IMG/VR virus record: IMGVR_UViG_3300026290_000012
Span: 1-61,980 of that record
DNA: 61,980 bases
Strand: one strand, 5' to 3'
DNA from: a virus
Part shown: positions 58,120 to 61,980 of the stretch, piece by piece
Numbering within the stretch: position 1 is the first letter of the stretch
How the letters are laid out: each line of letters begins with the position of its first letter
The notes under the pieces: generated by a model
Databases searched by the model: none
The model's input: the letters and a program-made list of their open reading frames with translations, nothing else
Told to the model about the DNA's origin: nothing
Made by a program: the position numbers and the translations under genes

Positions 58120-59955
58120 ATGTATATAGGTGATATTTATTTACCAATTCTTTCCAACATTGATAAGAAATCTGTCTCGAAGATTACCAAAGAGATTGCA
58201 GGTATTAACGCTAAAGAACCGAGAACTGTTTCCATTCGTAGGAATCTGCAACCTATTACTCTTGAAGGTTATCTTTACAATGATGGTGAAAAGGATGATG
58301 CACAATACGCAGAAGATGTAGAAGCATTACAGTATCGTTCTGCTGGATATTGCTACACGAAATATGCAGACTTAGATGGTTTCATTGAGATTGAAAATGC
58401 TGAGGCACCACAGACTTCAGAGGAGTTAGGTGTAAGGAATTATTCAGTGGAAGGAAAGTATCTTCCTGCGAGCAAATATGAGCGTGTAGTGGAAGTGGAA
58501 ACAGAAATGCGTGAGAATGAATTTAATATAGAGTTCCCTCCGCATGTTGCTCTTCCCGTGGGCGCTACAAATGTAAGAGTCAAGACTTCGCAGGATAGTG
58601 TGAAGTTAACTGCACCTGCATTCATGGCAGGAGATATACCGATTTATAGACCGTTCCCTGCATTCTATCCTGATGATGTTACGCATTCAACAGGTGATAC
58701 TCCGAAGTATGATACTACGGCGTATAAGATGTCTTACAACTTACTCGATGCAAAGGATGAATATATTTCTTACACGTTTGTATCGGGTGTGGATGTCCCT
58801 CTTGGTTCTTACCGTGTAGTCTTACGCATGAAGAGTGACACTACAATCGCATCAGACGCACGTATCGTTGTTTTAAGCGGGGATAATGTTGTGGTAGATG
58901 ATTTGTATACCTTTGAAGGTAATGATGAAGAAACTGATGTTTTAAATGAAGGAAAATGGTTATTTTCGACTAATGAATCATTGCATGATCTTATAACTAC
59001 AATAACATCATTGGACAATACAGTTAATTTACGCGCAACATCTATGTTTGAAGATAGTCCACATTCACATATATTAATAACTGATGAAAATCAACCGATA
59101 AGTGGTGAATGGACTATTGTTAAAACTAAACCGTTCAATATTACACAAAAGGGTTTAACGTATACAATCAAAGTTCAAAAAGAAACTGATGATTTATCTA
59201 ATATTGCAGTTAACTATGGATTTCTCTTACCCGAAAAGAGAGCACGTGTTGCATTTGATGTAGGAGGAGAATATAATGTAGGTGAGTGTAAGGTATTTGA
59301 TACTATTACTACGGGTTCTGAAGAATCCGAATGGAAGCAGATTTATAATCCTGAACATGACTTTGTAGGTGACATTGTTGTTCAGAACCCTATAATGCGG
59401 TGGGTAATTAAACAGACTACCTGGAAAAATGCTAAACTCTTTAGTATATCAAACAACAATGTATTTGAAGTTGGTTCTTTTTACAATAAAGCGTTTGGTG
59501 ATAATCGTGTTATAATCAAGTTTAAAGAAATTAAACCTAATTACCTGAAGTTCACTTTCGAGTTAGATACAGGTAATGCAACCTCAATGTCTACAAGTGC
59601 AAAAGAATATGACACAGTAGAAGTTACACCATTTAATTTCATCATCAAAAAAGACATCATTGGTAATTTTAAAAATCATTATACTATAGAAACTGATTCT
59701 AAATTAATCATGGAAAAGGATAATGGTATTATTGTATTATTTGAACCAACTTTTGTTGGTGGTTTAATTAAATCTCATGATTTTGTAAGTGGGATTAATA
59801 ATGGTATTATTGAAACAACAAATAGTGTTACGGGTAATTCATATGTAATTCCTTTTGTTATTCCCCTTGAGGATAATAATACAATTAACTCACAAGATTT
59901 GGTTTTTCTTAGTACTGTTTATTCTTCGCAAAAATGTAAAGTTGAAGTAAAATAA
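58120..59955 (+). CDS. tail-tip protein (paralog 2)
   Basis: MYIGDIYLP, GKYLPA.KYE, FPPHVALPVGATNVRVK, GECKVFD..SEWKQIYN..HDF..IVVQN shared with paralog 1. Confidence 0.6.
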   Translation: MYIGDIYLPILSNIDKKSVSKITKEIAGINAKEPRTVSIRRNLQPITLEGYLYNDGEKDDAQYAEDVEALQYRSAGYCYTKYADLDGFIEIENAEAPQTSEELGVRNYSVEGKYLPASKYERVVEVETEMRENEFNIEFPPHVALPVGATNVRVKTSQDSVKLTAPAFMAGDIPIYRPFPAFYPDDVTHSTGDTPKYDTTAYKMSYNLLDAKDEYISYTFVSGVDVPLGSYRVVLRMKSDTTIASDARIVVLSGDNVVVDDLYTFEGNDEETDVLNEGKWLFSTNESLHDLITTITSLDNTVNLRATSMFEDSPHSHILITDENQPISGEWTIVKTKPFNITQKGLTYTIKVQKETDDLSNIAVNYGFLLPEKRARVAFDVGGEYNVGECKVFDTITTGSEESEWKQIYNPEHDFVGDIVVQNPIMRWVIKQTTWKNAKLFSISNNNVFEVGSFYNKAFGDNRVIIKFKEIKPNYLKFTFELDTGNATSMSTSAKEYDTVEVTPFNFIIKKDIIGNFKNHYTIETDSKLIMEKDNGIIVLFEPTFVGGLIKSHDFVSGINNGIIETTNSVTGNSYVIPFVIPLEDNNTINSQDLVFLSTVYSSQKCKVEVK

Positions 59956-59960
59956 TTAAG

Positions 59961-60326
59961 GTGATTGTTATGAATGAATTTGGTAATGCTTACATTGAAA
60001 AGGTTTGGTGCAATTCTGTTAGAACTCCTAAACCCCTTAAGGTTATTCCTTACAAGAAAGATTTTAAAGTATTCTTCAGCGTGAAGGGAACAGAAATAGG
60101 TAGAATAACGATTGGTATATTTGTGGATGATATTCTGGATCAGATGCTTACCACGAATATTCTAGAGAAAAATAAGAGTCTTGCAATTTGGTTCTGGTAT
60201 CCTTACAAGCGTAAGCAGATGGGTAAGCACATAATCCAGTTCAAGATTGGTGAGGCAACTGATAGAACGGCAGATTCCGTTACGTGGAAATATACTTCTG
60301 ATAAATATATAGTTGAGGTGAAATAA
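59961..60326 (+). CDS. small Ig-like structural protein
   Basis: Beta-rich; tail operon. Confidence 0.55.
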   Translation: MIVMNEFGNAYIEKVWCNSVRTPKPLKVIPYKKDFKVFFSVKGTEIGRITIGIFVDDILDQMLTTNILEKNKSLAIWFWYPYKRKQMGKHIIQFKIGEATDRTADSVTWKYTSDKYIVEVK

Positions 60327-60327
60327 C

Positions 60328-60501
60328 ATGGTTAAGTGGATTGTTACTATTTATGAAACATTAACAGCACTTAAAACTGCTGTTGAATCGATTGATAATA
60401 CGGTTGTTATACATATTATTCCTATCTTCAAGGATAATCGTCAGCAATATTTGTTAGCGATTGGTGATGATTTGTCAGTAATTGATGGAGGTAGTGCATA
60501 A
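60328..60501 (+). CDS. small protein (57 aa; not in ORF track)
   Basis: Manual translation MVKWIVTIYETL...; GAGGTGA RBS; TAATG coupling to the next gene. Confidence 0.6.
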   Translation: MVKWIVTIYETLTALKTAVESIDNTVVIHIIPIFKDNRQQYLLAIGDDLSVIDGGSA

Positions 60502-61892
60502 TGCCTAGAAAAGCATCAATACAAATTAGACGCGATACGCGCAATAATTGGTTAGCAGAAAATGCTGTTCTTAAGAATGGCGAATTGGGGTATGAAACTG
60601 ATACAGGTATACTCAAAGTAGGTGATGGAACAAGTGGTTGGAATACTATCGTTAGATTCGCCAACCAGAATGATGTTTCAATGTTAAATGAAAGAATAGA
60701 TGACGTTTTAACAGTTTCAAGTAATAATATCTATGGTGTCAAGATTGATACTACCAACCTGAATCCTGAAACAAGTGTTGCCTATACCGATGATGCAGCG
60801 GGATTTGTCCCTATGCGGGGTAATGATGGTAACTTTGATTGGGGTTCTTGGGAATTGCCGTTCAAATCATTAGGTATTCGTCCTTGTGTATTCAAGGATG
60901 GTGCGGTAAATTATTATCTTGATCCTAATGATTACACGAAGAAGATTGATGGTTCTAATGCTGATATTACATCCGGTCTTGATGGAGATGTAATGGTTGA
61001 AATTCCACAAATTTATTGGAAATTCAGTCAGAATGAAACTGATCGTTTTGTTCAGATTTCAAGAGTTCAACGTGAAGGTTTTGTTTGTCTTGCCCATATG
61101 CGTGGTGAAACAAAAGTTCCTGCAATTTATGTTGGTGCATACAAAGGGTCGTTACTCGGTGGTGTACTTCGATCTTTGTCGGGTAAAACACCTCTCAATA
61201 CCAAAACCCATGTAGAAATCCGTGGATATGCACAAGCAAACGGAGAGGGTTATGAACAGTTCTTATTTTATCAGATGCAGTTATTACAGATTTTGTATGT
61301 AATCTTCTTCAAGAATCTTGACGGTCAGACCGCATTAGGTAGAGGCAACGTAGATGCATCAGTAAGAATGAATACTGGTGCTCGTAATACTGATGGAATG
61401 TTTTGGGGTTCTACCGATGGAACCAAACAGATTAAATTTTGTGGTATTGAAGATTTCTGGGGCAATCAGAGAGATTGGATAGACGGATTGTGGTCTACAA
61501 CAAGCACCACGCCACCCAGAAAACTGTGGATTGCAACCGACGATTTCAACGTTGTGCCGTATCAGTTAGTAGGAGAGACATGGGTCGATGCCGAACCTAG
61601 ACCGGAGAATTATAAAGAATATGGAACTGGGTTTGATGTAAATAAAGATGGTTATGTTAAAGATATTCATGGAACAAATGAAACTGGTTTTGTAACAGTT
61701 AATAGTGGGGCGTCGGAGACGACACACTATTGTGATTATGCGTATCTTCAGGCGGGTTTCTTAGGTAATTTCGGCGGGTTTTGGACTAATGCGGGTACTG
61801 CGGGGCCCTTCGGTCTGCTTTTGAGCTGTTCGCCTGTGTATTCGAATTCGCGTATCGGCGGTCGCCTAACATGGATTAAAAAACAAAGTTGA
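60501..61892 (+). CDS. DGR target receptor-binding protein (Mtd_N-like N-terminus, C-type-lectin-fold C-terminus)
   Basis: IQIRRDT..W..N.VL..GELGYETDTG..KVGDG; GIEDFWGN..DWIDG; terminal GG.W..AG.F.L..S.S..IGGRL. Confidence 0.88.
   Translation: MPRKASIQIRRDTRNNWLAENAVLKNGELGYETDTGILKVGDGTSGWNTIVRFANQNDVSMLNERIDDVLTVSSNNIYGVKIDTTNLNPETSVAYTDDAAGFVPMRGNDGNFDWGSWELPFKSLGIRPCVFKDGAVNYYLDPNDYTKKIDGSNADITSGLDGDVMVEIPQIYWKFSQNETDRFVQISRVQREGFVCLAHMRGETKVPAIYVGAYKGSLLGGVLRSLSGKTPLNTKTHVEIRGYAQANGEGYEQFLFYQMQLLQILYVIFFKNLDGQTALGRGNVDASVRMNTGARNTDGMFWGSTDGTKQIKFCGIEDFWGNQRDWIDGLWSTTSTTPPRKLWIATDDFNVVPYQLVGETWVDAEPRPENYKEYGTGFDVNKDGYVKDIHGTNETGFVTVNSGASETTHYCDYAYLQAGFLGNFGGFWTNAGTAGPFGLLLSCSPVYSNSRIGGRLTWIKKQS
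61736..61870 (+). mobile_element. DGR variable region (VR)
   Basis: 61737-61771 aligns with 61946-61980 at 30/35 nt, with all 5 differences at template adenines; constant codons avoid A (GCG, TCG, GGC). 3' boundary estimated. Confidence 0.85.
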
Positions 61893-61944
61893 GGTGATAT
61901 ATATGTAGTAAATATTTTTTATCAAAAAGGGCATAAATGATTTT

Positions 61945-61980
61945 TTATACGAATCTTCAAGCAGGTTACTTAGGTAATTT
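61945..61980 (+). mobile_element. DGR template region (TR), 5' part, truncated by the window end
   Basis: TATACGAATCTTCAAGCAGGTTACTTAGGTAATTT versus VR TATGCGTATCTTCAGGCGGGTTTCTTAGGTAATTT. Confidence 0.85.

Noticed and set aside
61893-61915. RBS followed by ATG-TAG-TAA (pyrrolysine read-through or mini-ORF)
   Set aside because: A second stop follows immediately, and no gene in the window is interrupted by an in-frame TAG.
1-61980. Provirus/temperate lifestyle
   Set aside because: No integrase, att site or host flank in the window; lifestyle cannot be determined.

Overview
A 62-kb segment of a tailed archaeal virus (Caudoviricetes, long non-contractile tail). The host is most likely a methanogen: inferred from archaeal-type ThyA, RFC and a PCNA-like clamp, BRE/TATA promoters, GAGGTGA ribosome-binding sites, a tRNA with a bulge-helix-bulge (BHB) intron and a methanogen-like CRISPR repeat. 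Layout: (i) 1-25.4 kb, minus strand: nucleotide metabolism (class II RNR with mini-intein, SpeD-like, ThyA, HAD-kinase fusion, dCTP deaminase), RNA ligase, PolB, clamp/clamp loader, SSB, MCM-like ATPase, two DNA methyltransferases and the packaging genes (TerS, intein-containing TerL, portal, MuF). (ii) 25.5-30 kb: largely non-coding, with repeats. (iii) 30-33.8 kb, plus strand: small putative early genes separated by six conserved tRNA-like RNA structures. (iv) A 1.5-kb non-coding convergence region with phased repeats. (v) 35-42 kb: small minus-strand genes, tRNA-Leu(UAA) and intron-containing tRNA-Gln(UUG), and a free-standing LAGLIDADG nuclease. (vi) 42.7-62 kb: head-tail operon with an encapsulin-like capsid protein, a -1 frameshifted tail chaperone, tape measure and tail-tip genes. 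Highlights: the repeated miniature tRNA mimics punctuating the early transcript; a diversity-generating retroelement (variable region in the last tail gene, template region starting 36 nt before the window end, all mismatches at template adenines); and a solitary CRISPR repeat-spacer unit on a GC-rich cassette fused to a tail-fibre gene. No reverse transcriptase, cas gene or integrase is inside the window. All protein calls come from motif recognition by eye; no searches were run.
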